The notes below the pieces were generated by a model, which saw nothing but the letters and a program-made list of their open reading frames with translations, made no database searches and was not told the origin of the DNA. A program made the translations under genes and the position numbers. A DNA stretch of 61,431 nucleotides, counting the filler. It is 5 parts of 5 records of this genome, joined end to end, with 100 filler letters (N's around TTAATTAATTAA, not from the genome) between each part and the next. Parts side by side here need not be neighbours in the genome. Positions count along the whole stretch, not along the records: positions 1 to 5,445 come from SRR20825010_1364; positions 5,546 to 19,845 come from SRR20825010_1372; 3 more parts are not named here. The stretch is one strand, 5' to 3'. This document shows, in pieces, positions 1 to 8,755 of the stretch (positions are counted from its first letter, which is position 1; each line of letters begins with the position of its first letter).

Positions 1-1
1 T

Positions 2-469
2 CATGGTGAATTCCTGACCGATACCCGCGGAACCGGCATCATGAACCGGCTTTTTCATTCCTATGTGCCGCATAAGGGCGAAATCCCCGGTCGACGCAAT
101 GGCGTGTTGATTTCCAACTCGACCGGCAAGTCCGTGGCCTTCGCACTTTGGAACCTGGAAGCACGTGGCTTTTTCTTTGTCGGCAGCGGTATCGATGTTT
201 ATGAGGGCATGATCCTCGGTGAACATAACCGTCCCAACGATCTGGAAGTCAATGCACTCAAGGCAAAACAGCTCACCAATATCCGCGCATCAGGAACCGA
301 TGAAGCGGTTCGCCTGACCACCCCGCGCAAATTGAGCCTGGAGCAGGCAATTGCCTATATCGACGACGACGAGCTGGTGGAGGTGACACCTAACCACATC
401 CGCCTGCGCAAGCGTCATCTCGATCCGCATGAGCGCAAAAAAGCCTCCCGCGAGAAGGTTGCCAGCTAA
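2..469 (+). CDS. typA: Translational GTPase TypA/BipA, C-terminal fragment (5' truncated)
   Basis: Frame open from nt 2 (HGEFLTDTRGTGIMNRLF); motifs VYEGMILGEH, KQLTNIRASG, DELVEVTP..IRLRK. Confidence 0.95.
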   Translation, partial: HGEFLTDTRGTGIMNRLFHSYVPHKGEIPGRRNGVLISNSTGKSVAFALWNLEARGFFFVGSGIDVYEGMILGEHNRPNDLEVNALKAKQLTNIRASGTDEAVRLTTPRKLSLEQAIAYIDDDELVEVTPNHIRLRKRHLDPHERKKASREKVAS

Positions 470-587
470 CTCTCAGCCGTCAATTTCAGGCATCGTTGCA
501 GCATCCTAAAATAAGGGTGGCGATAATTCACGTCTTGTGAAAACATATGCCCATCTTAACAATAGCAAAAAACCAAACGAGGGTATG

Positions 588-809
588 ATGGCGTTGATCG
601 ATGTAGTTGCCGAAGTCGCAGGGAAAGTCTGGAAAGTCGAAGCAAAGGTCGGACAGACGTTGGAAGAAGAGGATGACGTCATCATTCTGGAAAGCATGAA
701 AATGGAAATTCCGGTTGGCGCCCCCGCCAATGGAACGCTGAAAGAGCTTCTGGTCGGTGAAGGCGATGCCGTCGCGGAAGATCAGGTCGTTGCACGGATA
801 GAAGCCTAA
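588..809 (+). CDS. Stand-alone biotin/lipoyl carrier protein
   Basis: ILESMKMEIPV biotinylation motif; GAGG RBS at 579-582; ATG at 585 or 588. Confidence 0.85.
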   Translation: MALIDVVAEVAGKVWKVEAKVGQTLEEEDDVIILESMKMEIPVGAPANGTLKELLVGEGDAVAEDQVVARIEA

Positions 810-837
810 GCGGGCTTTCTCGACAATTTCAAATAAG

Positions 838-1206
838 TTACCAGAGCCAGGTCGTCGGGTCGGGGACTGGCTCGTTGCGCGAGTGCAGCTTGAGCCCCTT
901 GACGCAGCGGATGATAAACCAGATATACGCTGCCAGGATTATCAAAAAACCGATGCCGACGAACATCAGCAATGACCCGATGACGCAGTAAAGAAAAAAT
1001 ATCCAGAAGCTACGGATCTGGTAGCGGAAATGCGTTTCAACCCAAGGCGCACCGTCGCCACGGTTGATATAGGCCATAACAACACCGACCAGATGCGCAA
1101 TTGGAAAAATAAGGCCCGCCAGATAGATAAAATAGATGATCTGCGCCATCTTGACGGCGCCCTGCATCTGGGCCTCACTCTCAGTCTGTTCGGTGATGTT
1201 ATTCAT
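838..1206 (-). CDS. DUF4870-family membrane protein
   Basis: Three hydrophobic helices; W..THFRYQIRSFW and WFIIRCVKG pattern; GGAG RBS before ATG at 1206. Confidence 0.8.
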   Translation of the reverse strand: MNNITEQTESEAQMQGAVKMAQIIYFIYLAGLIFPIAHLVGVVMAYINRGDGAPWVETHFRYQIRSFWIFFLYCVIGSLLMFVGIGFLIILAAYIWFIIRCVKGLKLHSRNEPVPDPTTWLW

Positions 1207-1222
1207 TCTGACGCCTTCTCCA

Positions 1223-4200
1223 CTATTCCATGCCTTCCAGCGCTTCCTGCAGCAGGAGATAAACTTTCCCAACATCCGCCGTAATGAAAGCGTCTGACAG
1301 CAACTCGGAATGATCAACGGTGCCGGCTTCCGTCATGATTTCACGGAACTCCGATACATACTGATCTGCAAACCGCCGAAAATCACCATTGTCGCGATAG
1401 CGCGCACGGATTTTATCGGCATCACGAGACTTCAGAATTTTCCGAGTAAAGATGCCCTTTTCACCCTTCCGATAGCGCCGCCATAACTCTTCAGACAGGC
1501 TGCTATCCATGATCCGGTTCAAATCGATAGTCAGGGAGTTCAGGTTTTCCATGATAAACGCCGTGGATTTCATGAACTGCTCATTCCGGATCTTATTTTT
1601 CTTTTCCGCCAGACGGTCGGCTTCCTTCTTTGCCCGGGCTGCGGCGGTGGTCAGGCTCGTCGTCTGCTGTTCAATTTTCTGACCGGACAGTAATGCATCT
1701 TCCGCCGCCTTTTCCGCCGCCGTCTTGAAGGCCGCGCTTTCTTCCCTCAAGATTGCGGTGGAATGATTAAGGGTGCTTTCCACCAGCTTCACCGATTGAG
1801 CAAGCTTTTGATGCTGATTTTCAAACTGCTCCCCCAGTGCCCGCGCACTTTCGTTGGCTTTACTGGTGAAGCGAATGAGATCTTCCGCCTGGCCATGGAA
1901 CAACTCGGAAGCGCCGGAACCGGCTTCCTTCACCTGCAAACCAGCCTCCGATATTTTTGCAGTTACCCGGTCAAGGTCATCATGAATATGACGGCGCGTG
2001 TCGTCAATTTCCATCTTGTGTTTTGCTAATGCCTGATCGGCATATTGAATGCCCTTGATCATCAACTCGCTTGCTTTCGCAAGCTCAACCGAGCGGCGAT
2101 GGAATCTCTCGCTTGCTTCCGACGCCTGATCCACCGATTGATCAAGCATGTAGGAACGTTCAGACAGGGTTTTCTCGACCGTCTCCACCTGTTCCGTCAA
2201 CTGACGAGCAATATCGGCAAGAGCCAACGTTTCCTGTTGGAGAATTTCCTCCATAGCTTCGGCATGATCTTTCGCGCGAACAGAGATATCCGCGAGTTCC
2301 TCCATATGGACCTTTGCAGATCCGCTCGCCTCGTTGATATTCGCAAGGGAGGATCGTGTTACTTCAGCAAGCCGGCTCCCCTGGCTCTCGGCCTTGCCGG
2401 CAGCCATGTTCAACTGTTCGATATGATCGGACGCCTGATCCCCCATCGCCCGCAATTCAGCCGAAGCACGCTCCGCCGTTTTGGCAAGTTCGGCAGTTTG
2501 CGAATGCGCCGCCTCGCCAGATTGACGCGCCTGCAAGGTTGCCCGTTCCGCGGTGGCCATAAAGTCTTGATGATACCGTATGGTTTCTTCGATTGCGGCG
2601 GCGAGTTTTCCTTTTGAATGATCGGCGGACGCTCCCAACTCTTTTTGCTGCTTGCTCAAAGCCTCGCTCGCCGATGCAAGGGTGCGGGAGGCTTTGTCGG
2701 CACTCACTTCAATTTCAGAGCCTTCCCGGCGTAATTCCTCTCCGGCCTCGCGCATCTTTCCTGTGACCGCATCGGATGTCAGTTTCAAGTCTTCCGCCTG
2801 GCGTTGCAGGCTGGTACCCACTTCCGTAATGCGGCTGTTTGTGTCCGTGCTGGCTTCAGCCAGCAGCATGACGTCTTTCTCGAGCCGCTCGCCAATCTTT
2901 CGCGACATTTCCAGAATCTGTTGAGAGGCTGATTCAAACACTGCAATTTGATTGCGGAGCTGCTCCTGAATGAGCGTCGTTCGCGCACCGGTGGTCTCGG
3001 AGGCTTCATTCAGGCTCGCCGCATGGCTTGCAAGCTTCTCCCCGAGCTGATCCGCATTCCGCAAGGATTTCTCACCCGCTGCGTCCAGAAGCTGTTGCCC
3101 CTGACGGAGGCTTTGATCGATCGCTTCAAGGCTTTGCCCCGTCGACCTCAGAATATCATCAAGTGCCGCCGACTCGTCCTTCAGCTTCATACTGCTCAGC
3201 AGCATTCTCTCAGTCATCTCGCTGGTTTTGACGGTAAGGTCTTGCGTATTCTCGCGCAGCAGGTCAGCGGATTCCTTGGCGCCGGTCTCTGCCTCCTTCG
3301 CCGCCTGCAACAAACCGCCTTCCCGGCTCTCCAACTGATCAAGCGCCTTATCTACTTCAGCAACGCTGTTCGCAAGGGTATTTCGAAGAGCATTGAGGCG
3401 CGTAACGCCTTCATCGCTCGCAATGCTCAAATCCGTCGTGCTTTGCAACAGGATATCGGCAGTTTTGGAAAGCTCGGTCGAGGAGTTGCGGGAAATCTCC
3501 GCGATTTCCTGGCCGCGTTCGCCCAGATGCGCTGTGCCGTCGTCCAGTTTTTGACGCAGTTGGCTTACAGCGTCTTCCATACTCCTGATTTGGTCGCCAA
3601 GGGCATCCTTGGCTTCCGCCGTCTTATCAAGAGTCTGCGATGCCGTTGCAAATATCTTCTCACTCGTATCGCCGAGGATTTTCGTAATGTCCTGCGATTT
3701 TTCGTCAGCGGTGCGAATGGCGATCTCAAGCGCCGATATCTGCGCAGCTAGTGCGCTTTGAACGGACTTGCTGCGTTCTTCGGTTTCACTCGCGGCATTC
3801 TGCAGACCGTCCGTCTGTAGTGATATGGCGTCATTTAGCCGGTTGCCCTGTTCGTTAATTTTATCGATCAGCGCATTAATCTGCTGTGCCCGGCTTTCGA
3901 GTTCATCCTTTATCCGGTCAGAGGTTTTAAGTAACCCGGCCGTTGCGGAATTGGCAGCAATCCCCTGCTTTTCCAAGTCACCAGAGGCACCTTCAATTCG
4001 AAGTGCCGCTTTTTCCGTTCCGTCCTGAACGGCTTTTGACTGTCGTTCGAGGGTTGCGGTTAGGCGCGCGACACGAATTTCCGCCTCGTTGCTTGGATAA
4101 CCAAGATTAGCCATCAACTGATCAAGCGCGTTGCCCTTCAGGCGAGCTTCCAGCCCTCGGTAAAAATAGCCGAGCAGCAGCCACAGAAAAGCAAGAGGGG

Positions 4201-4456
4201 CAAAAGCACCAAGAAACAGAATTCCCAGATCAAAAGGAACTATCTGAAGAATATCGGGCCAGCCGATTCTTGTATAGACATAGGACCCAACGGCAACAAG
4301 CCAGCCTAACGTTACCAGAACCCCGATACCAAACAACCAGGCAGCCCCGGATAAACCCTTATTTTCAGGCGCTTTTTGCGGCACAGCATTTGCTTTCGCG
4401 GCGGGCACGGACTCGCCGCTGCGAATTTGAACTTTCTGATGTTTTTGCAACATCAC
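1223..4456 (-). CDS. Large membrane-anchored coiled-coil polar protein, TipN / GPR(RgsE)-like
   Basis: Two N-terminal TM helices, about 850 aa of helical coiled-coil, C-terminal LWRRYRKGEKGIFTR..FRRFADQYVSEF..DVGKVYLLL block recalled from GPR/TipN-type proteins. Confidence 0.7.
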   Translation of the reverse strand: MMLQKHQKVQIRSGESVPAAKANAVPQKAPENKGLSGAAWLFGIGVLVTLGWLVAVGSYVYTRIGWPDILQIVPFDLGILFLGAFAPLAFLWLLLGYFYRGLEARLKGNALDQLMANLGYPSNEAEIRVARLTATLERQSKAVQDGTEKAALRIEGASGDLEKQGIAANSATAGLLKTSDRIKDELESRAQQINALIDKINEQGNRLNDAISLQTDGLQNAASETEERSKSVQSALAAQISALEIAIRTADEKSQDITKILGDTSEKIFATASQTLDKTAEAKDALGDQIRSMEDAVSQLRQKLDDGTAHLGERGQEIAEISRNSSTELSKTADILLQSTTDLSIASDEGVTRLNALRNTLANSVAEVDKALDQLESREGGLLQAAKEAETGAKESADLLRENTQDLTVKTSEMTERMLLSSMKLKDESAALDDILRSTGQSLEAIDQSLRQGQQLLDAAGEKSLRNADQLGEKLASHAASLNEASETTGARTTLIQEQLRNQIAVFESASQQILEMSRKIGERLEKDVMLLAEASTDTNSRITEVGTSLQRQAEDLKLTSDAVTGKMREAGEELRREGSEIEVSADKASRTLASASEALSKQQKELGASADHSKGKLAAAIEETIRYHQDFMATAERATLQARQSGEAAHSQTAELAKTAERASAELRAMGDQASDHIEQLNMAAGKAESQGSRLAEVTRSSLANINEASGSAKVHMEELADISVRAKDHAEAMEEILQQETLALADIARQLTEQVETVEKTLSERSYMLDQSVDQASEASERFHRRSVELAKASELMIKGIQYADQALAKHKMEIDDTRRHIHDDLDRVTAKISEAGLQVKEAGSGASELFHGQAEDLIRFTSKANESARALGEQFENQHQKLAQSVKLVESTLNHSTAILREESAAFKTAAEKAAEDALLSGQKIEQQTTSLTTAAARAKKEADRLAEKKNKIRNEQFMKSTAFIMENLNSLTIDLNRIMDSSLSEELWRRYRKGEKGIFTRKILKSRDADKIRARYRDNGDFRRFADQYVSEFREIMTEAGTVDHSELLSDAFITADVGKVYLLLQEALEGME

Positions 4457-4565
4457 CCCTCTCCTACAATACTCTCAAGGAAGGGTTCCGCAAAAGCTTC
4501 GCTGCGTCAAGTTTTCTGATTAATTAGACGCCCCCCCTTCAAACCGGAAATCCCTTCAAAAACGA

Positions 4566-5445
4566 TTACTTGATAACACCTGCGCGCTGCAACTCATCGA
4601 TGGTATCATCCGCAATCCCCCAGTCACGCATCGCATCCACCGTATGCTCCCCCGGAAGGCAGGGCGGGCTCTGTATTGCTGCCTCCGTCCGGCTGAACCG
4701 CGGTGCCGGAGCTGGCTGTATAATCCCGTCATATTCAACGAAGGTTTTCCGATGGGTGTTGTGGGGATGCTCCGTCGCTTCCATAATGGAGAGAACCGGC
4801 GCATAGCACACATCTGTGCCCAGCATGATCTCATCCCATTCATCGCGGGTTTTCGTCTTGAAGACTTCCGTCAACCGGGCCTTGATCACCGGCCAGCTTT
4901 TCGGATCCATTTGCGGCGGCAGATCTTCTTTATCCAGTCCTGTACGCTCTAACAGTTCCTGGTAAAACTTTTTCTCGATGGATCCGATCGAAACATATTT
5001 TCCATCGGCTGTTTCATAGACATCGTAATAATGGGTGCCCGTATCAAGAATATTAACGCCGCGTTCATCTTTCCAGTTGCCGGCAGCCATAAGGCCAAAG
5101 AACATCGTCATCAGGGAGGCGGCGCCGTCGACCATTGCCGTATCGACAACTTGTCCCTTACCGGATTTTTGGGTCTCAAGGATACCGCACACAAGACCGA
5201 GCGCCAAGTAGAGTGCCCCGCCACCAAAATCTCCGACCAAATTAAGCGGAGGAACAGGAGCTTCCCCCTTCCTGCCGATGGAATTCAGAACACCGGACAA
5301 AGCAATATAGTTGATATCATGGCCTGCGGCTTGCGCCATGGGTCCTTCCTGACCCCAACCCGTCATCCGACCGTATACAAGTTTCGGATTTCGCTTGAGT
5401 GCCTCCTCCGGGCCCAAGCCCATCCTTTCCATAACGCCGGGACGA
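4566..5445 (-). CDS. CaiB/BaiF family III CoA-transferase (alpha-methylacyl-CoA racemase-like), 5' truncated
   Basis: RMTGWGQEGP, AGHDINYIA, PPLNLVGDFGGG, QPAPAPRFSRT motifs. Confidence 0.92.
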
Positions 5446-5545
5446 NNNNNNNNNNNNNNNNNNNNNNNNNNNNNNNNNNNNNNNNNNNNTTAATTAATTA
5501 ANNNNNNNNNNNNNNNNNNNNNNNNNNNNNNNNNNNNNNNNNNNN
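5446..5545. other. Artificial contig spacer
   Basis: 44 N + TTAATTAATTAA (stops in all six frames) + 44 N. Confidence 0.99.
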
Positions 5546-5643
5546 GTTGAAAGTTCAAAGTTTAAAGTTGAAAAGCGCGACAGATCGCGGAGTGTTGTTG
5601 TTGGCCCTGCCCGCGTTTCAACTTTGAACTTTCAACTTATAAC
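5546..5643. repeat. Inverted repeat built from tandem heptamers (REP/MITE-like)
   Basis: GTTGAAA GTTCAAA GTTTAAA GTTGAAA (5546-5573) versus TTTCAAC TTTGAAC TTTCAAC TTATAAC (5616-5643). Confidence 0.75.
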
Positions 5644-5686
5644 TGCTTTCCCCCAAACCTTGAACCCGTTCGCGCTTTTTCGTTTT

Positions 5687-5725
5687 CCCCCTCCTCCCCC
5701 CTCCCGGGGGAGGGGGTGGAGGGGG
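5687..5725. repeat. GC-rich hairpin upstream of the peroxidase gene
   Basis: C-rich arm CCCCCTCCTCCCCCCTCCC followed by G-rich arm GGGGGAGGGGGTGGAGGGGG, near-perfect complement. Confidence 0.55.
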
Positions 5726-5795
5726 TGGCCCCGTTGCTAGAGTGCCGTCGTTGTTATCAGACATACCCCGAGAACAAAAACGACGGAGGTTTATC

Positions 5796-8543
5796 ATGGC
5801 TATGTCCCCCTGGGTTACCTGGCCAGCCCTGACCAAGTTTGGTTCACTTGGTGTCATGGGCGCCCTGCTGGTTCTTGCCGGCCAACGGGAAGATCTGCTC
5901 GAAAACAATATGTTCGACATGGAAAACTGGGGTGAAAAAAACGCCAGTATCGTCTGCGATGAGCGCAGCCACGTGGCCCGTACCGAAGACGGCACCTGTA
6001 ATATCCTGGACAATCCGGCGGAAGGCTCTGCCAATGTGAACTTTGGCCGCAACGTGGACCCCGCCTCGTCCTTTGCGGAATCGGAAAGCGGCAACCTGCT
6101 GACGCCGAACCCGCGGGAAGTCAGTAACCTGATCATGTCCCGGGGCGGCGATTTCAAACCCGCCACCACCCTGAACTTCATTGCCACGTCCTGGATCCAG
6201 TTCATGGTTCACGACTGGTTCGATCATGGCCCGCGTACCGATGCCAACCCGATCGAATTCCCGTTGCCGGCGGGCGATGTGCTGGGGTCCGGCACCATGT
6301 CCGTACAGCGTACCCGCCCGGACCCGAGTGTCACTGGCGATGAATCCCTGGTGACCTACGAAAACATCAACACCCACTGGTGGGATGGGTCGCAGCTGTA
6401 CGGCAGCGACAAGGAAACCAACGACGAAGTCCGTTCCTTTGTGGACGGTAAGCTGAAAGTCGACAGTAATGGCCGCTTGCCCACAGACTTCCTCAGTGGC
6501 AAACCCGTTACCGGTTTCAATGAAAACTGGTGGGTGGGCCTGAGCATGCTGCACCACCTGTTCACCCAGGAGCACAACGCCATTGCGGACATGCTCAAGG
6601 CGAACAACCCAGGTGCTACGGATCAGTGGATCTACGATCACGCCCGGCTGATCAATGCTGCCTTGATGGCCAAAATCCACACTGTGGAATGGACTCCGGC
6701 GATTCTTGCCAACCCGGTGCTCGAGCGCGCCATGTACGCCAACTGGTGGGGCCTTGGCGGTGATCGTGACAAGCGCGACAAATTCCAGGATGACCTGGAC
6801 GAGCTGAACAACAACCTGGGTGAACTGGGCGGCATCTTCAACCTGCTCGGTATCGATAACGATCTGGGGCAGGGCGATACCAGCTCCATCGAACACGCCC
6901 TGGCTGGCTTGGTGGGTTCGCGCACCCCGAACAACTACGGCGTGCCTTACACGCTCACCGAAGAGTTTGTCTCCGTGTATCGCATGCACCCGCTGCTGCG
7001 TGATGAGATCAAGGTCTATGACATCGGCTCCAACGTGGTGGACGAAGAAATTCTGCTGCAGGATACCCGTAACGGTGATGCGGAAGATCTGCTGACCGAC
7101 GTGGGCCAGGATCGCCTGTGGTACTCCTTCGGTATTACCCACCCGGGCGCGCTGACACTGAACAACTACCCGGACTTCTTGCGCAACCTGTCCATGCCGC
7201 TGATTGGCGACATTGATATGGCGGCCATCGACGTACTGCGCGACCGCGAACGCGGTGTGCCCCGTTATAACGAGTTCCGTCGTCAGATCGGCCTCAAACC
7301 GCTTACCAGCTTCGAGCAGTTATCCAGTGATCCGCAGCTGGTGGCAGACCTTAAAGCGCTATACAACAACGATATCGAAATGATCGATACGCTGGTGGGC
7401 CAGCTGGCAGAAGAGACTCGCCCGGAAGGCTTCGGCTTTGGGGAAACGTCTTTCCAGATTTTCATCCTCAATGCGTCACGTCGCCTGATGACCGACCGTT
7501 TCTTTACCACCGATTACACCGACGAGGTCTACACCGCTGAAGGGATCGACTGGGTAGAAGAGAACACCATGGTCGACATTATTCGCCGCCACTACCCGAA
7601 CCTGGCCAGCAGTCTGGTAGGCATGGATAACGCTTTCAAACCCTGGGGCCTGAAAATTCCCGAGGACTATCAGTCCTGGTCTGCCCAGGCGAAACAGGAC
7701 CACCTGTGGGTCAACGGCGCCCTGCGTACCAGCTACGAAGACGGTGAAGTACCGGCCATCGAACCCATCGATATTGGTGGCCTGATCAACTCCGTGCTGT
7801 GGAAGAAAGTGCAGGATGTCACCGACGTGAGCCCGCCGGGATACAGCAAGCCGATTCACCCTCGCGGTGCGCTGGCCAAGGTGCAGTTCGTGCCGACGGC
7901 AGGCCATGGCTACACCGGCCTGTTCCAGGGGGCAGATCACGGCCTGCTGCGGCTATCTGTGACTGGCGATCCGTCGGACCGTGGCTTTGCACCGGGGCTG
8001 GCGCTGAAATTGATGGTGGACGGCAAGCGTTCCGAGAACGTGTCTGCGCTCTATACCCTTAGCGGGCAGGGCGATAACCACAATATCTTTGCCAATGAAC
8101 TGTCCAACTACGTACAGCCTGAAGTGAACGAAACTCTTGGCACAACGACGCTGTTCTCGCTGGTGTCCAGAAAGCCGACGCTGGTCGTCATGAGTGACAT
8201 GGCCAAGGTGAACCAGGATGGTTCCCCGGTGAGCAATGCCAACACCCCATCACAGGTTTATTTCGTGCCCAACGGTGATCTGAAGAATTCCATCAGCACC
8301 GCGCCCCACGACTTCCGTGACGACCTGACCGCCCTGAATCCCGGGACCAAGGTGTATGACGTTTACGCGACCTCCAAGTCCATCAAAACGTCCATCTGGC
8401 CCTGGGTGACCGCACGCTACGCCCGCGAGCGCCGCAACAGCGCTACCAAAGTCGGCGAGCTGGTCATGGCATCCCCGTTCACCCTGTCCCAGTTCGGTGA
8501 CACCGGCATCTTCTTCAAGCACCAACGGTACGAAGATCGCTAA
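5796..8543 (+). CDS. Fatty-acid alpha-dioxygenase-type heme peroxidase fused to a C-terminal catalase-like domain
   Basis: GGAGG RBS at 5785; SWIQFMVHDWFDH, WWDGSQLYGS, AKIHTVEWT, SVYRMH, RDRERGVPRYNEFRR, SRRLMTDRFFT; then KPIHPRG..GLF..LRLS..GLALK..SEN. Confidence 0.85.
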   Translation: MAMSPWVTWPALTKFGSLGVMGALLVLAGQREDLLENNMFDMENWGEKNASIVCDERSHVARTEDGTCNILDNPAEGSANVNFGRNVDPASSFAESESGNLLTPNPREVSNLIMSRGGDFKPATTLNFIATSWIQFMVHDWFDHGPRTDANPIEFPLPAGDVLGSGTMSVQRTRPDPSVTGDESLVTYENINTHWWDGSQLYGSDKETNDEVRSFVDGKLKVDSNGRLPTDFLSGKPVTGFNENWWVGLSMLHHLFTQEHNAIADMLKANNPGATDQWIYDHARLINAALMAKIHTVEWTPAILANPVLERAMYANWWGLGGDRDKRDKFQDDLDELNNNLGELGGIFNLLGIDNDLGQGDTSSIEHALAGLVGSRTPNNYGVPYTLTEEFVSVYRMHPLLRDEIKVYDIGSNVVDEEILLQDTRNGDAEDLLTDVGQDRLWYSFGITHPGALTLNNYPDFLRNLSMPLIGDIDMAAIDVLRDRERGVPRYNEFRRQIGLKPLTSFEQLSSDPQLVADLKALYNNDIEMIDTLVGQLAEETRPEGFGFGETSFQIFILNASRRLMTDRFFTTDYTDEVYTAEGIDWVEENTMVDIIRRHYPNLASSLVGMDNAFKPWGLKIPEDYQSWSAQAKQDHLWVNGALRTSYEDGEVPAIEPIDIGGLINSVLWKKVQDVTDVSPPGYSKPIHPRGALAKVQFVPTAGHGYTGLFQGADHGLLRLSVTGDPSDRGFAPGLALKLMVDGKRSENVSALYTLSGQGDNHNIFANELSNYVQPEVNETLGTTTLFSLVSRKPTLVVMSDMAKVNQDGSPVSNANTPSQVYFVPNGDLKNSISTAPHDFRDDLTALNPGTKVYDVYATSKSIKTSIWPWVTARYARERRNSATKVGELVMASPFTLSQFGDTGIFFKHQRYEDR

Positions 8544-8574
8544 GGGAGAGCGATAAACAGAGTTACACCCTTTC

Positions 8575-8609
8575 AAGCCCGGGCGACGCAAGTCCCCCGG
8601 GCTTTTTTT
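8575..8609 (+). terminator. Intrinsic terminator
   Basis: AAGCCCGGG..GAC-GCAA-GTC..CCCGGGCTT stem followed by T-tract. Confidence 0.85.
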
Positions 8610-8755
8610 GTGTCTGCTGCCCGGGCCTCAGGGGTGTATTGGCGCGTGAGAACTGATTATGGCGGTTCTGTTTGAGCTGGGGCTTGGTTATCTGTATAAG
8701 TTGATCAGTGTCTTTGAGTTTTTGTTCTGTTTTTTGAACATGACATAGGTGATTT

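Noticed and set aside
5490-5501. TTAATTAATTAA palindrome recurring four times
   Set aside because: Always centred in 88 N; an artificial six-frame-stop linker
5844-7142. 432-aa antisense ORF
   Set aside because: Shadow of the GC3-rich peroxidase gene; no motifs
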